From: Sphaerochaeta globosa str. Buddy
GTDB taxonomy: Bacteria > Spirochaetota > Spirochaetia > Sphaerochaetales > Sphaerochaetaceae
Length of the DNA stretch: 24,000 nucleotides
Direction of reading: 5' to 3'
Assembly (NCBI RefSeq): GCF_000190435.1
Contig: NC_015152.1
Span: 230,458 to 254,457, forward strand
Part shown: in pieces, positions 9,135-17,024 of the stretch
Position numbering within the stretch: the stretch's first letter is position 1
Layout of the letters: each line of letters opens with the position of its first letter
Program-made: the position numbers and the translations under genes
Notes under the pieces: generated by a model
What the model was told of the DNA's origin: nothing
Seen by the model: only the letters and a program-made list of their open reading frames with translations
The model's database searches: none

Positions 9135-9716
9135 ATGCTTAAAACTCGTGACTATGTCATGTACGAGCTACGCTCATATGCCTCCCCAAAGTCCAAGCTT
9201 ACGCAGATGATCAAGAAAGGCGAGATCATTCAGATAGTCCGTACTGTGTATGCCGACTCGCTTTCAGACCCAAAGCTCGCAGCAGCTTCCATGATTCATA
9301 GCCCCTGCTACATCTCATTCGAGACGGCACTGGCATATCACCAGATGATACCCGAGCGCGTGTTTGAAGTAAAAAGCGCAGGGTTTCAACTGAAGAAGGA
9401 GAAGCGCTTCGATACACCCTTCGGCCGTTACAGTTTTTTGTATATTCCTGAAGCAGTGTTTCCTTGGGCTGTTGAACCAGCAATTGAGCAAGGCCATGGA
9501 TTTCGCCTCGCTACCAAGGAGAAAGCATTGCTCGACACACTCTATAAGATCAGGTCTGTTACAAGCAGGAACGCTCTACAGGCCCTGTTGTTCGATGACC
9601 TTCGATTGGAAGAAGAAACCATCATGCAAATGGATTGGCACGTCATCCAATCCTTGGTTCCCTTGTATCGCAGTACAACGCTGAAGACACTGGTTCGATG
9701 GAGGGATGCACAATGA
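9135..9716 (+). CDS. AbiEi-family type IV toxin-antitoxin antitoxin / transcriptional regulator
   Basis: The 193-aa ORF matches the AbiEi/COG5340-like pattern as I recall it: 'KKGEIIQIVRTVYAD', 'SPCYISFETALAYHQMIPERV' and 'ATKEKALLDTLY'. Its stop overlaps (ATGA) the start of an ORF with an AbiEii-type N-terminus. Confidence 0.75.
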   Translation: MLKTRDYVMYELRSYASPKSKLTQMIKKGEIIQIVRTVYADSLSDPKLAAASMIHSPCYISFETALAYHQMIPERVFEVKSAGFQLKKEKRFDTPFGRYSFLYIPEAVFPWAVEPAIEQGHGFRLATKEKALLDTLYKIRSVTSRNALQALLFDDLRLEEETIMQMDWHVIQSLVPLYRSTTLKTLVRWRDAQ

Positions 9717-9814
9717 ATGAGGAAATCCAGGAGGTTGTTCTCCAAATCCTCTCACAGACAGATTTTTTCCAACATGCAGCTTTGTATGGTGGTACAGCAC
9801 TACGAATTTTTTAG
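9713..9814 (+). pseudogene. Truncated AbiEii/DUF1814 nucleotidyltransferase toxin gene (33-codon stump)
   Basis: The ATG at 9713 overlaps the abiEi stop (ATGA). Translation gives MNEEIQEVVLQILSQTDFFQHAALYGGTALRIF* with a TAG at 9812-9814. 'LYGGTALRIF' matches the conserved 'LKGGTALRL' N-terminal motif of AbiEii toxins, which are normally 200-300 aa. The convergent esterase gene ends 2 nt later, at 9817. Confidence 0.65.
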
Positions 9815-9816
9815 CA

Positions 9817-11328
9817 TCACGCAAAAGAAATGGAAAACGGCTTGAGAGGCAAGCCTGATGCATTGAACATGGTAACTTTACCGTACGGTACACAAGCATA
9901 ATTCACCATGGTTTTGACAAACCCTTCGGCGTTCGACTGTATGCGTATCTGGTTGTCTGCAACTTCGATTGAGTGAATGATTATCGGTCTGTCCTTTTGG
10001 AGAATCTCAAAGAGGCTGTAATCTCCATCTGTGGTATACAGACCCGATCCACAGTTTTTGAAGGACAGAATACTACTATTTCCTTCCCAATGTGCCGTAC
10101 AAATCTCAGGGGATTCGCTGAGCACAGGATTGTTATAGACTTTGTCCAATGCAAGAAGGAACAGCCTGCGTGCTAGTTCTTTTTTCTCTTTCGGGTGAAT
10201 ATCATACTGCATGCCGATATCCATGCAGCTTACCATCCAACAGGCAGGGACCTGTGAGGCCACTTTTTCCTGTTGTCTTCTCACTTCAGGATACATGTCC
10301 CCGTTTGAGGTAAGCCACCTATCGTATGACGTCAACTGGACAAACAGGAAGGGAAGTTCCTCATTCCAGGCATTTCTCCACACAGCAATGAGTTTAGAAA
10401 ACAACGCTGAGTACAACGATGCATGATGATGGTCGCTTTCACCCTGATACCAGAGCACCCCTTTGATCCCATAGGGCACGATCGGCTCAAGCATGGTATG
10501 AAAGAGGGCTCCTGGGCGGTTTTTGCTCCATGGTCCCATCGGAACTATGGGATCATCCTTGCTGTCAACCATTCTCTTGAGTTGGGCTTCCCTGCTGATT
10601 CCATACATGACTTTTGCCCACTCAACCAAATGATCGGGGTCAAGTTGGAAGTTCCAGCCGTCGATACTTTTCTTGCGGATTTCCTCACGAGCGATTCCCT
10701 GTATAGCCTGGGCATAATCGTCCAGATACACATGCAACGGAGACTCACAAAGCGCTTCTTGGGGAACCCACGTAGAGGCACTTGTCCCTCCCCAATTGCA
10801 GGATACGATTCCAACGGGAACAGACAATGATTCCTGCAGCATCGTTGCATACCAAAAACCAAGGGAGGAGAACGTTTCAAGTGCCTTGTCATCGGGTTTG
10901 AACCAGTACCCGTAATCCGAGCCATACACAAGATTCGTGTGGCCTTCATAGGCTATTCTTGGGCAGGTATACATGCGTATCAGGGGATTGTTCCTCAAGG
11001 CGAATGTCTCTTCATAGTGTTTTTCAAACCGAACGAAAAACTCCATGTTCGACTGTCCCCCGACAAGCCATACATCGCCGACAAGAACATCCTCAATGGT
11101 AAGGGTGCTGTCGCCCTGAACAATTTCCAGCTTCAAGGGTCCGCCTTCTGCATGAGGCGGCAGATATCGTTTCCATTTCCCTTGTTTCGGGATGCAGGTA
11201 TAGCTACTCCCGTCAAAGGTGATCGTTATCAGTTCATCTGTCTGGCAAGTCCCAAAAACAGGAATGCTTTTGCCACGTTGAAGAACCATCCCATTGCTGA
11301 AAATCGTAGTAACAGACAGAGCGCTCAT
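9817..11328 (-). CDS. Sialate O-acetylesterase-like SGNH/DUF303 carbohydrate esterase
   Basis: This is the ORF 9817..11463 with the start trimmed to the ATG at 11328 (MSALSVTTIFSNGMVLQRGK), which has AAGGGAG upstream. It has the catalytic-Ser block 'VWLVGGQSNMEF', then 'CNWGGTSASTW' and 'VLWYQGESD', all typical of the 9-O-acetylesterase / acetylxylan esterase family. No signal peptide is evident. Confidence 0.8.
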   Translation of the reverse strand: MSALSVTTIFSNGMVLQRGKSIPVFGTCQTDELITITFDGSSYTCIPKQGKWKRYLPPHAEGGPLKLEIVQGDSTLTIEDVLVGDVWLVGGQSNMEFFVRFEKHYEETFALRNNPLIRMYTCPRIAYEGHTNLVYGSDYGYWFKPDDKALETFSSLGFWYATMLQESLSVPVGIVSCNWGGTSASTWVPQEALCESPLHVYLDDYAQAIQGIAREEIRKKSIDGWNFQLDPDHLVEWAKVMYGISREAQLKRMVDSKDDPIVPMGPWSKNRPGALFHTMLEPIVPYGIKGVLWYQGESDHHHASLYSALFSKLIAVWRNAWNEELPFLFVQLTSYDRWLTSNGDMYPEVRRQQEKVASQVPACWMVSCMDIGMQYDIHPKEKKELARRLFLLALDKVYNNPVLSESPEICTAHWEGNSSILSFKNCGSGLYTTDGDYSLFEILQKDRPIIIHSIEVADNQIRIQSNAEGFVKTMVNYACVPYGKVTMFNASGLPLKPFSISFA

Positions 11329-11721
11329 GTTTCTCCCTTGTGTACCACCGGCAGTAACGCTAGCAACGATTTTTTTGACAATAGCACAGAGAGAAAGGTT
11401 GTGGGAGCAGATACAAACGAACTTGCCCGAATTAATTGGCCGATAGCAGTTGGACATAGGCAACCGCGGCTACATGCCCCTATTGGCGCAGTTACCCCCA
11501 CAAATAGCACAAGGGAGAGATTTCTAGTCCCTCCCTTGGTCATCTGATGGTTACCAACACACCAACTGGATTTTCAGTCCTGTCTGCTTGAGGAAACGTT
11601 GGTTCCTCTTGTGTCATACTATACGCTATGATTCCCGAGCGTTCAAGTATTATTTTTACACTTGGTACTCGCTGGTATTTCATCTCTTGACCTCAAGTAG
11701 ATCTGCCTGCAGTATAGCGAT

Positions 11722-12540
11722 ATGAAGAAATGGAAGCGACCGGACAAGAAAAGTCTGAAACAGATGATCGTCCAGCGTGACAGTGCGCGCATCGTGCATT
11801 ATCTGTTGCGCTTGATCGTCATTCTCATCCTTATCGCCCAGGTGTTCAACAAGAATTACGAGAACGTGTTCTTGTGCATCCTGACGCTCATCCTCTTTTC
11901 CCTCCCTTCACTTATTGAAACCAATACCCGTATCGACATTCCCGATACGCTGGAAAACATCATTCTCTTCTTTATTTATGCTGCTGCAATCCTAGGGGAA
12001 ATGGGCTCCTATTATGTGACCTATCCCTTCTGGGATACGGTGCTGCATACAGCCAACGGCTTTCTTGCAGCAGCCATCGGCTTCTCATTGGTGGACATTC
12101 TCAATCAGAGCGAGCGCTTTTCAATCCGCCTCTCCCCACTCTTTGTTGCTATTGTAGCCTTCTGTTTCTCCATGACCATCGGGGTGGTCTGGGAGTTCTT
12201 TGAGTTTTCCATGGACATGTTCTTCGGTATGGACATGCAGAAGGATACCGTGGTAACCACCCTGCGTTCGGTCATGCTCGACCCAACCAAGAGCCAAAAG
12301 ATCGTGGTGATCAAAGGCATTGAGAACGTGATGGTCAACGGCAAGGAACTCGGGGTCGGAGGGTACTTGGACATCGGCCTTATCGACACCATGAAGGACT
12401 TGTTTGTCAACTTCATCGGAGCTCTGGTGTTTTGTGTGGCTGGTTTCTTCTATCTCAAGTACCGTTCCAAAAAAGCTTCCTTCATCAAGCGCTTCATCCC
12501 CACTTTGGTCGATAAGAAGCAGAATACAACAAACGAATAG
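11722..12540 (+). CDS. Multi-pass integral membrane protein of unknown function (possibly YjdF/DUF2238-like; family not securely recognised)
   Basis: The 272-aa ORF has at least 6 hydrophobic segments and a charged N-terminus. The 'PFWDTVLHTANGFLAAAIGF' motif is reminiscent of DUF2238-type proteins. There is no clear SD, so the start is uncertain. Confidence 0.6.
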   Translation: MKKWKRPDKKSLKQMIVQRDSARIVHYLLRLIVILILIAQVFNKNYENVFLCILTLILFSLPSLIETNTRIDIPDTLENIILFFIYAAAILGEMGSYYVTYPFWDTVLHTANGFLAAAIGFSLVDILNQSERFSIRLSPLFVAIVAFCFSMTIGVVWEFFEFSMDMFFGMDMQKDTVVTTLRSVMLDPTKSQKIVVIKGIENVMVNGKELGVGGYLDIGLIDTMKDLFVNFIGALVFCVAGFFYLKYRSKKASFIKRFIPTLVDKKQNTTNE

Positions 12541-12615
12541 CCCAGCAACTTTTCCATTGCATTAATGAACAAATAATGGTTAACTACAAATCAGAACAGA
12601 TTTGTGGAGTGGTAC

Positions 12616-13671
12616 ATGCAGGAAAAGCGGAACCTTATCGTAGCAGGAAGTCTTTTCGGAATCATAGCAGTCGGCCTGGTTGTCTTGGGCAACCCCGCCA
12701 ACATGGGCTTTTGCATCGCTTGTTTTTATCGAGACCTTGCAGGCTCACTGGGCTTGCACGCAGCGGCTCCTGTCCAATATGCCCGCCCCGAGATCATGGG
12801 CCTAATTCTTGGCTCGTTTCTGATCAGCTCCCTCAAAGGCGAGTTCAAGAGCAGGGGAGGTTCCTCTCCTGTTTTGCGTTTCATCATTGCTTTCTTTGTC
12901 ATGATCGGGGCGTTGGTGTTTCTCGGCTGTCCCTTCCGTATGATTCTTCGCCTCGCCGGCGGCGATCTTAATGCGTTGGTAGGCCTCGTTGGGTTTTCAG
13001 CAGGAATCGGGGTAGGAGCGATTCTCCTGAACAAGGGCTTCAGCCTTGGACGCAGTTATTCCCAGTCCAGGGCGGAAGGTAGTGCATTCAGCATGGCGGC
13101 TTTTGTGCTTGTCGGTATTGTCCTGTTCCTGCCCATGCTTCTGAAGGCAAGCACCTCAGGACCGGGCAGCCAGCATGCCCCCCTTCTCATCTCTCTACTC
13201 GCAGGTCTTATCGTAGGCTCTCTCGCCCAGCGTACAAGGCTGTGCATGGCTGGAGGCATTCGCGACCTCTTCCTCTTCAAGGATCCTACGTTGCTGCTAG
13301 GCTCGGCCGCAGTCTTGGTAACCGCCCTCATGCTCAATTTGACCACCGGCTCCTTCAAGCTGGGCTTTACCGGCCAACCCATCGCCCATACCCAATGGCT
13401 GTGGAACTTTTTGGGCATGGGCTTGGTCGGCTACGGATCGGTACTGCTCGGTGGTTGCCCCCTGCGCCAGACCATTCTGGCAGGAGAGGGCAACAGCGAT
13501 AGTGCCGTTACGGTATTGGGCTTTCTCGCAGGAGCTGCAGTAAGCCATAATTTTGGGCTTGCCTCCTCAGCCCAAGGAGCCACCACCGCAGGAAAGATTG
13601 CCACTCTCATCGGCTTTGCTGTCATAACCCTCATTGCCTTTGCCGTGATGAGAAAACAAACAAGGAGCTAA
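12616..13671 (+). CDS. yedE: YedE-family putative selenium/sulfur-compound transporter
   Basis: This polytopic membrane protein has the 'GFCIACFYRD' Cys motif and 'GGCPLRQ' typical of the YedE/FdhT-like family. It lies directly upstream of yedF, DUF3343 and selD. I set the start at the ATG at 12616 (GGAG 6 nt upstream) rather than the GTG at 12604. Confidence 0.8.
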   Translation: MQEKRNLIVAGSLFGIIAVGLVVLGNPANMGFCIACFYRDLAGSLGLHAAAPVQYARPEIMGLILGSFLISSLKGEFKSRGGSSPVLRFIIAFFVMIGALVFLGCPFRMILRLAGGDLNALVGLVGFSAGIGVGAILLNKGFSLGRSYSQSRAEGSAFSMAAFVLVGIVLFLPMLLKASTSGPGSQHAPLLISLLAGLIVGSLAQRTRLCMAGGIRDLFLFKDPTLLLGSAAVLVTALMLNLTTGSFKLGFTGQPIAHTQWLWNFLGMGLVGYGSVLLGGCPLRQTILAGEGNSDSAVTVLGFLAGAAVSHNFGLASSAQGATTAGKIATLIGFAVITLIAFAVMRKQTRS

Positions 13672-13676
13672 CTACC

Positions 13677-13886
13677 ATGCAGATAGTAGACACCCGCGGG
13701 CTTTCCTGCCCCCAACCGGTCATAGAGACCAAGAAAGTCATCGATACCAAGGAAACAGAGCTTCAGGTGTTGGTGGACACCATCGCCGCCAAGGAGAACG
13801 TCAGCCGCTATGCAAAGGCAGCCAAGTTCTCGGTAAGCGATACCAAGACAGCGTACGGCTGGTCGTTGGAACTGAAAAAGCTATGA
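13677..13886 (+). CDS. yedF: YedF/TusA(SirA)-like sulfur/selenium carrier protein
   Basis: The 69-aa ORF has the N-terminal 'DTRGLSCPQPV' CPxP active-site motif of TusA/SirA-like proteins. AAGGAG lies upstream. Confidence 0.85.
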   Translation: MQIVDTRGLSCPQPVIETKKVIDTKETELQVLVDTIAAKENVSRYAKAAKFSVSDTKTAYGWSLELKKL

Positions 13887-14113
13887 AGCAGTACATCGCC
13901 ACCTTCTACGACCATTGGGGAGCTGTGCAGTTCCGATCCCATGCCAAGTCACAGGGTATAGCCTGCACCCTCAAGCCGGTTCCCCGCACTCTTTCCTCCT
14001 CCTGCGGCACCTGTGCCTGGTATGAGGGCGAGGGCTGGGACATTGGTTTTAGCCCTGCAGATTTGGAAGCAGTCTTTAGACAGGAAGGCACGCACTACGT
14101 GAAGGAAGTGTAG
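13883..14113 (+). CDS. DUF3343-family small protein (putative Se/S carrier associated with selD)
   Basis: The 76-aa ORF starts with an ATGA overlap on the yedF stop. The segment 'KPVPRTLSSSCGTC' resembles the conserved Cys-containing core of DUF3343. Its position between yedF and selD is characteristic. Confidence 0.7.
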   Translation: MKQYIATFYDHWGAVQFRSHAKSQGIACTLKPVPRTLSSSCGTCAWYEGEGWDIGFSPADLEAVFRQEGTHYVKEV

Positions 14114-14115
14114 TA

Positions 14116-15141
14116 ATGGAATCAGTCAAACTCACCCAGATGGTGAAAACCAGCGGCTGTGCGGCCAAATTGCCTCCCAAGCTGTTGCATGAAGTACTGG
14201 ACAGTATAGGCTGGATGCATAGCCCGGACCTCGTGGAAGGGTTTGAAGGAAGTGACGATGCTTGTGTGTACCGCCTGCCGATAGGCAATAACCTGGTGAT
14301 GCTGCAGACTGTCGACTTCTTTCCTCCCATGGTCGACGACCCCTACCTGTTTGGTCAGGTAGCGGCTGCAAATGCCCTCAGTGACATCTATGCCATGGGA
14401 GGAGAACCAAAGGTTGCACTGAATCTGGTTTGTTTTCCCTCCTGTTTGGACCTCTCTGTTCTTAGACAGATTCTGCTGGGCGGCCAAAGCAAGGTTACAG
14501 AGAGCGGGGCTGTTATTGCAGGCGGGCATACGATCAGCGACCCGACTCCCAAGTATGGGCTCTGTGTTACCGGCTTTGCCCCTGAAGACAGGGTCTGGGC
14601 AAACCATGGCAGTAAGCCTGGGGATGTGCTCATTCTCACCAAGTCCTTGGGTGTGGGCATTGTCAACACGGCAGTGAAGGCAGGCCTTGCAAGCAAGACA
14701 GCCCAACAGAAAGCCGTCTTAAGCATGACTACCCTGAACAAGGCTGCCTATGAGGCTGCTCGAACCAAAGACGTGCATGCTGCCACTGACATTACCGGCT
14801 TTTCTCTACTGGGCCATGCTCAGGAAATGGCAACAGCCAGTAACGTCACCCTGCTTCTCAATGCTCAGAGCATCCCTGTGATAGAGGAAGCCTTGGAGTA
14901 TGCAAGCATGGGCTTGAACCCAGAAGGGCTCTACAACAACCGAGAGTACCTGCAAGGCTCAGTCCAATTCCAAAGAACACTCGAGCAGGAACTGGAGGAC
15001 ATACTCTACGATCCCCAGACCTCCGGAGGATTGCTGTTGAGCATGAGCAAGGCCGATGGCCTGGCTTATAGCCAAGAAACAGGCTATCCGATCATAGGTG
15101 AGGTGGTAGAGAATGCAGAATCTCCGTTGTTGGTTGTGTGA
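14116..15141 (+). CDS. selD: Selenide, water dikinase (selenophosphate synthetase), Cys-type
   Basis: The 341-aa ORF has the N-terminal active-site loop 'KTSGCAAKLPPKLL', with a Cys codon TGT rather than TGA/Sec. The AIR-synthase-like fold motifs 'DDACVY', 'TVDFFPPMVDDPYLFGQVAAANALSDIYAMGG' and 'GGHTI' are present. Confidence 0.92.
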   Translation: MESVKLTQMVKTSGCAAKLPPKLLHEVLDSIGWMHSPDLVEGFEGSDDACVYRLPIGNNLVMLQTVDFFPPMVDDPYLFGQVAAANALSDIYAMGGEPKVALNLVCFPSCLDLSVLRQILLGGQSKVTESGAVIAGGHTISDPTPKYGLCVTGFAPEDRVWANHGSKPGDVLILTKSLGVGIVNTAVKAGLASKTAQQKAVLSMTTLNKAAYEAARTKDVHAATDITGFSLLGHAQEMATASNVTLLLNAQSIPVIEEALEYASMGLNPEGLYNNREYLQGSVQFQRTLEQELEDILYDPQTSGGLLLSMSKADGLAYSQETGYPIIGEVVENAESPLLVV

Positions 15142-15213
15142 TAAGTCGGGTAAGCATTGCTTCTCGGGGCAGTATATCCATAATTGCCGTGCTGGGTTTC
15201 GGACTGTAGGAAG

Positions 15214-15245
15214 AAGGGTTTCGATACGTCGAGCCCTTATTTTTT
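15214..15245 (+). terminator. Probable rho-independent terminator of the selenium operon
   Basis: The arms AAGGG (15214-15218) and CCCTT (15234-15238) enclose an inner TCGA/TCGA pairing. An A followed by a run of six T (15240-15245) comes next, about 70 nt after the selD stop. Confidence 0.45.
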
Positions 15246-15366
15246 ACTCCAGTGGTCTGTATATCTTACTTGAATTTCCTCCAGCACAAATCCCGGGGAG
15301 GTTGCGTTCTCATCGGCCTTGCTCTTTCCAGCCAATGTGCGCATAGCGGTGGAATGTAAAGATTAA

Positions 15367-15414
15367 TACCTTGCGTGTAGCGGGTTTTTGTGATAATATT
15401 ACCTTGCGTGTAGC
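15367..15414 (+). promoter_or_regulatory. Promoter/operator of the first island ATPase gene: two perfect 15-bp direct repeats flanking an extended -10
   Basis: TACCTTGCGTGTAGC occurs at 15367-15381 and again at 15400-15414, 33 bp apart. Between the copies lies TGTGATAAT (15389-15397), which is an extended -10 of the form TGnGATAAT. The ATG at 15443 follows. Confidence 0.45.
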
Positions 15415-15442
15415 ACAGGATTGAAGCCGGGGGGATGTCCTG

Positions 15443-16813
15443 ATGGAAATTAAAAGAAACACATACAACAGAATCCTTGAGTGGAAGAAGCAGGCCAATG
15501 GAACGAAAGCTCTCTTAATTGAAGGAGCAAGGAGAATTGGGAAATCTACTGTGGTAGAGGAAATAGGAAAGAATGAATATAAATCCTTCATTATGGTTGA
15601 TTTCAATAAAGCAAGCACGAAAGTCAAAGATTGTTTTAATGACTTGAATAACCTAGATCTCTTTTTTCAGACTCTTATGCTGGAATACAATCAGCGACTC
15701 TACAGAAGAGAATCCTTGATAATTTTTGATGAAATCCAAAAGTTTCCAAAGGCAAGGGAAGCCATTAAATATCTTGTTGCAGACGGAAGATATGATTACA
15801 TAGAAACTGGCTCACTGATTTCCATTAGGGAGAATGTAGAAGGGATAACCCTGCCTTCGGAAGAAAGAAAGATTACAATGCATCCTGTGGATTTTAAAGA
15901 ATTCATGATGTATATGGGTGAAGGTATTCTGCTGGAATATATTGGCGACTGCTATAGGAGAAAAGTGCCACTAGAACAGAGATTCCATAGCAAGGCAATG
16001 CATCTCTTCAAAGAGTATCTTCTTGTCGGGGGAATGCCGCAGGCTATTGTAGCTTTTGCTTCAAACGGAAGGGATTTTGAGGCTGCTGACATTGAGAAGC
16101 GGGATATCCTTTCGCTATATCGCGATGACATCAAAAAAGCGGCCAAAAAATACAGCTCACGAGTATCCGCAGTATTTGAAAACATACCAGCTTATCTTTC
16201 AACGCATGAGAAAAGGATTGTTTTGAATGAACTCGAGAAAGATGGTCGTTTTAGTATGTATGATGAGCCTCTGTTCTGGCTGGAAGACTCGATGATGTGC
16301 AATCTCTGCTACAAGTGTAATGATCCAAATGTAGGTCTGGCCCTTAACAAGAATGATTCTTATGTGAAGTGTTATATGGGTGACACCGGTTTGCTGACTT
16401 CCTTGGCATTCAGTGAAAACGAAATCGCTGACCAGCAATTATATAAAGAAATCCTGAATGATAAGCTTTCCTTGAATGAAGGGATGCTGTATGAAAATGC
16501 TATTGCGCAGATGATTACTGCCATGGGAAGGAAACTGTACTTCTACACAAGGTATAGTAATGAAAGGCATCGAAATGACATTGAAATAGATTTTTTGATT
16601 TCAAATGAACGAAAAACCAATTACAGGATTAATCCAATAGAGGTTAAATCATCGAAAAATTACACGTCTACATCTTTAGGAAGATTCAAGGAAGTGTTTG
16701 GTAGGAAGATTGAGTATCAGATGATCATTCATCCAAAAAATTTCTCGGTAGTTGATGACATCATAAGAATTCCTCCTTATATGCTATGGGCGGCCTTTGA
16801 AAACTTTTCTTGA
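15443..16813 (+). CDS. AAA+-type ATPase with C-terminal PD-(D/E)xK-like nuclease-fold domain (AAA_14/DUF4143, COG1373-like)
   Basis: The 456-aa ORF has Walker A 'GARRIGKST' and Walker B 'LIIFDEIQ'. The C-terminal 'DIEIDFLI...(14 aa)...IEVKSS' fits a D...ExK nuclease motif. The coding sequence is AT-rich, roughly 38-40% GC in the lines I sampled. Confidence 0.8.
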   Translation: MEIKRNTYNRILEWKKQANGTKALLIEGARRIGKSTVVEEIGKNEYKSFIMVDFNKASTKVKDCFNDLNNLDLFFQTLMLEYNQRLYRRESLIIFDEIQKFPKAREAIKYLVADGRYDYIETGSLISIRENVEGITLPSEERKITMHPVDFKEFMMYMGEGILLEYIGDCYRRKVPLEQRFHSKAMHLFKEYLLVGGMPQAIVAFASNGRDFEAADIEKRDILSLYRDDIKKAAKKYSSRVSAVFENIPAYLSTHEKRIVLNELEKDGRFSMYDEPLFWLEDSMMCNLCYKCNDPNVGLALNKNDSYVKCYMGDTGLLTSLAFSENEIADQQLYKEILNDKLSLNEGMLYENAIAQMITAMGRKLYFYTRYSNERHRNDIEIDFLISNERKTNYRINPIEVKSSKNYTSTSLGRFKEVFGRKIEYQMIIHPKNFSVVDDIIRIPPYMLWAAFENFS

Positions 16814-16821
16814 CAGGTACA

Positions 16822-17016
16822 AAAAGTCTCCAGTGGATTACCGCAAAAGTCTCCAGTGGATTACCGCAAAAGTCTCCAGTGGATTACCGCAAAAGTCTCC
16901 AGTGGATTACCGCAAAAGTGTCTCCAGTGGATTACCGCAAAAGTCTCCAGTGGATTACCGCAAAAGTCTCCAGTGGATTACCGCAAAAGTCTCCAGTGGA
17001 TTACCGCAAAAGTCTC
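16822..17016. repeat. Tandem array of a 23-bp direct repeat (8 full units plus a 9-bp partial unit)
   Basis: The unit is AAAAGTCTCCAGTGGATTACCGC. Units start at 16822, 16845, 16868, 16891, 16914, 16939, 16962 and 16985, with a partial unit at 17008. All are identical except the fifth, which has a 2-bp GT insertion (25 bp). Each unit contains the palindromic core TCCA-G-TGGA. The array begins 9 nt after the ATPase-1 stop and ends 8 nt before the -35 of the next gene. Confidence 0.97.
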
Positions 17017-17024
17017 TTTTTTTA

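Noticed and set aside
11510-11538. The hairpin CAAGGGAG-N13-CTCCCTTG, plus a second 6-bp hairpin at about 11591-11609, in the esterase/membrane-protein intergenic region. These could be a riboswitch or a terminator.
   Set aside because: Neither is followed by a convincing U-run on either strand. I cannot match the roughly 250-nt region to any riboswitch consensus by eye. It is worth a covariance-model (Rfam) scan but is not reportable as a feature.
9973-11547. Several plus-strand ORFs (67-202 aa) across the esterase gene and its upstream region, and the 45-codon N-terminal extension of the esterase ORF up to 11463.
   Set aside because: The plus-strand ORFs are antisense shadows. The N-terminal extension lacks an SD and encodes a Cys-rich non-signal sequence. 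The ATG at 11328 has AAGGGAG upstream and starts at the position where family members typically begin ('...FSNGMVLQR').
14116-14200. Possible selenocysteine (TGA) recoding in the SelD active-site loop.
   Set aside because: The active-site codon is TGT (Cys) within 'SGCAAK', and there is no in-frame TGA in the gene.
15248-15256. CTCCAGTGG next to the selD terminator matches 9 bp of the 23-bp repeat core, so it might be a solitary repeat copy marking the island boundary.
   Set aside because: Only 9 bp match and the flanks differ (GTCTGT versus ATTACC). A 9-mer match somewhere in 24 kb on both strands is not improbable by chance. I kept it only as a note for anyone searching the genome for the motif.
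15141-15443. A tRNA or tmRNA gene as an integration target at the island's left border. 'GGGTTTCGATAC' superficially resembles a T-loop.
   Set aside because: No cloverleaf can be drawn: there is no acceptor stem and no anticodon arm. The segment is better explained as a terminator hairpin. The att-like duplication I did find involves a protein-gene 3' end instead.
15113-15627. ORFs 15113..15346 (+, 77 aa) and 15310..15627 (-, 105 aa) at the left border of the island.
   Set aside because: The first starts inside selD and runs through the terminator hairpin. The second is antisense to the ATPase-1 promoter and 5' coding region. Neither has an SD or recognisable motifs.
16822-17016. Possible CRISPR array.
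   Set aside because: The repeats are directly abutting with no unique spacers. The 23-bp unit lacks the usual repeat-spacer alternation, and no cas genes are in the window.
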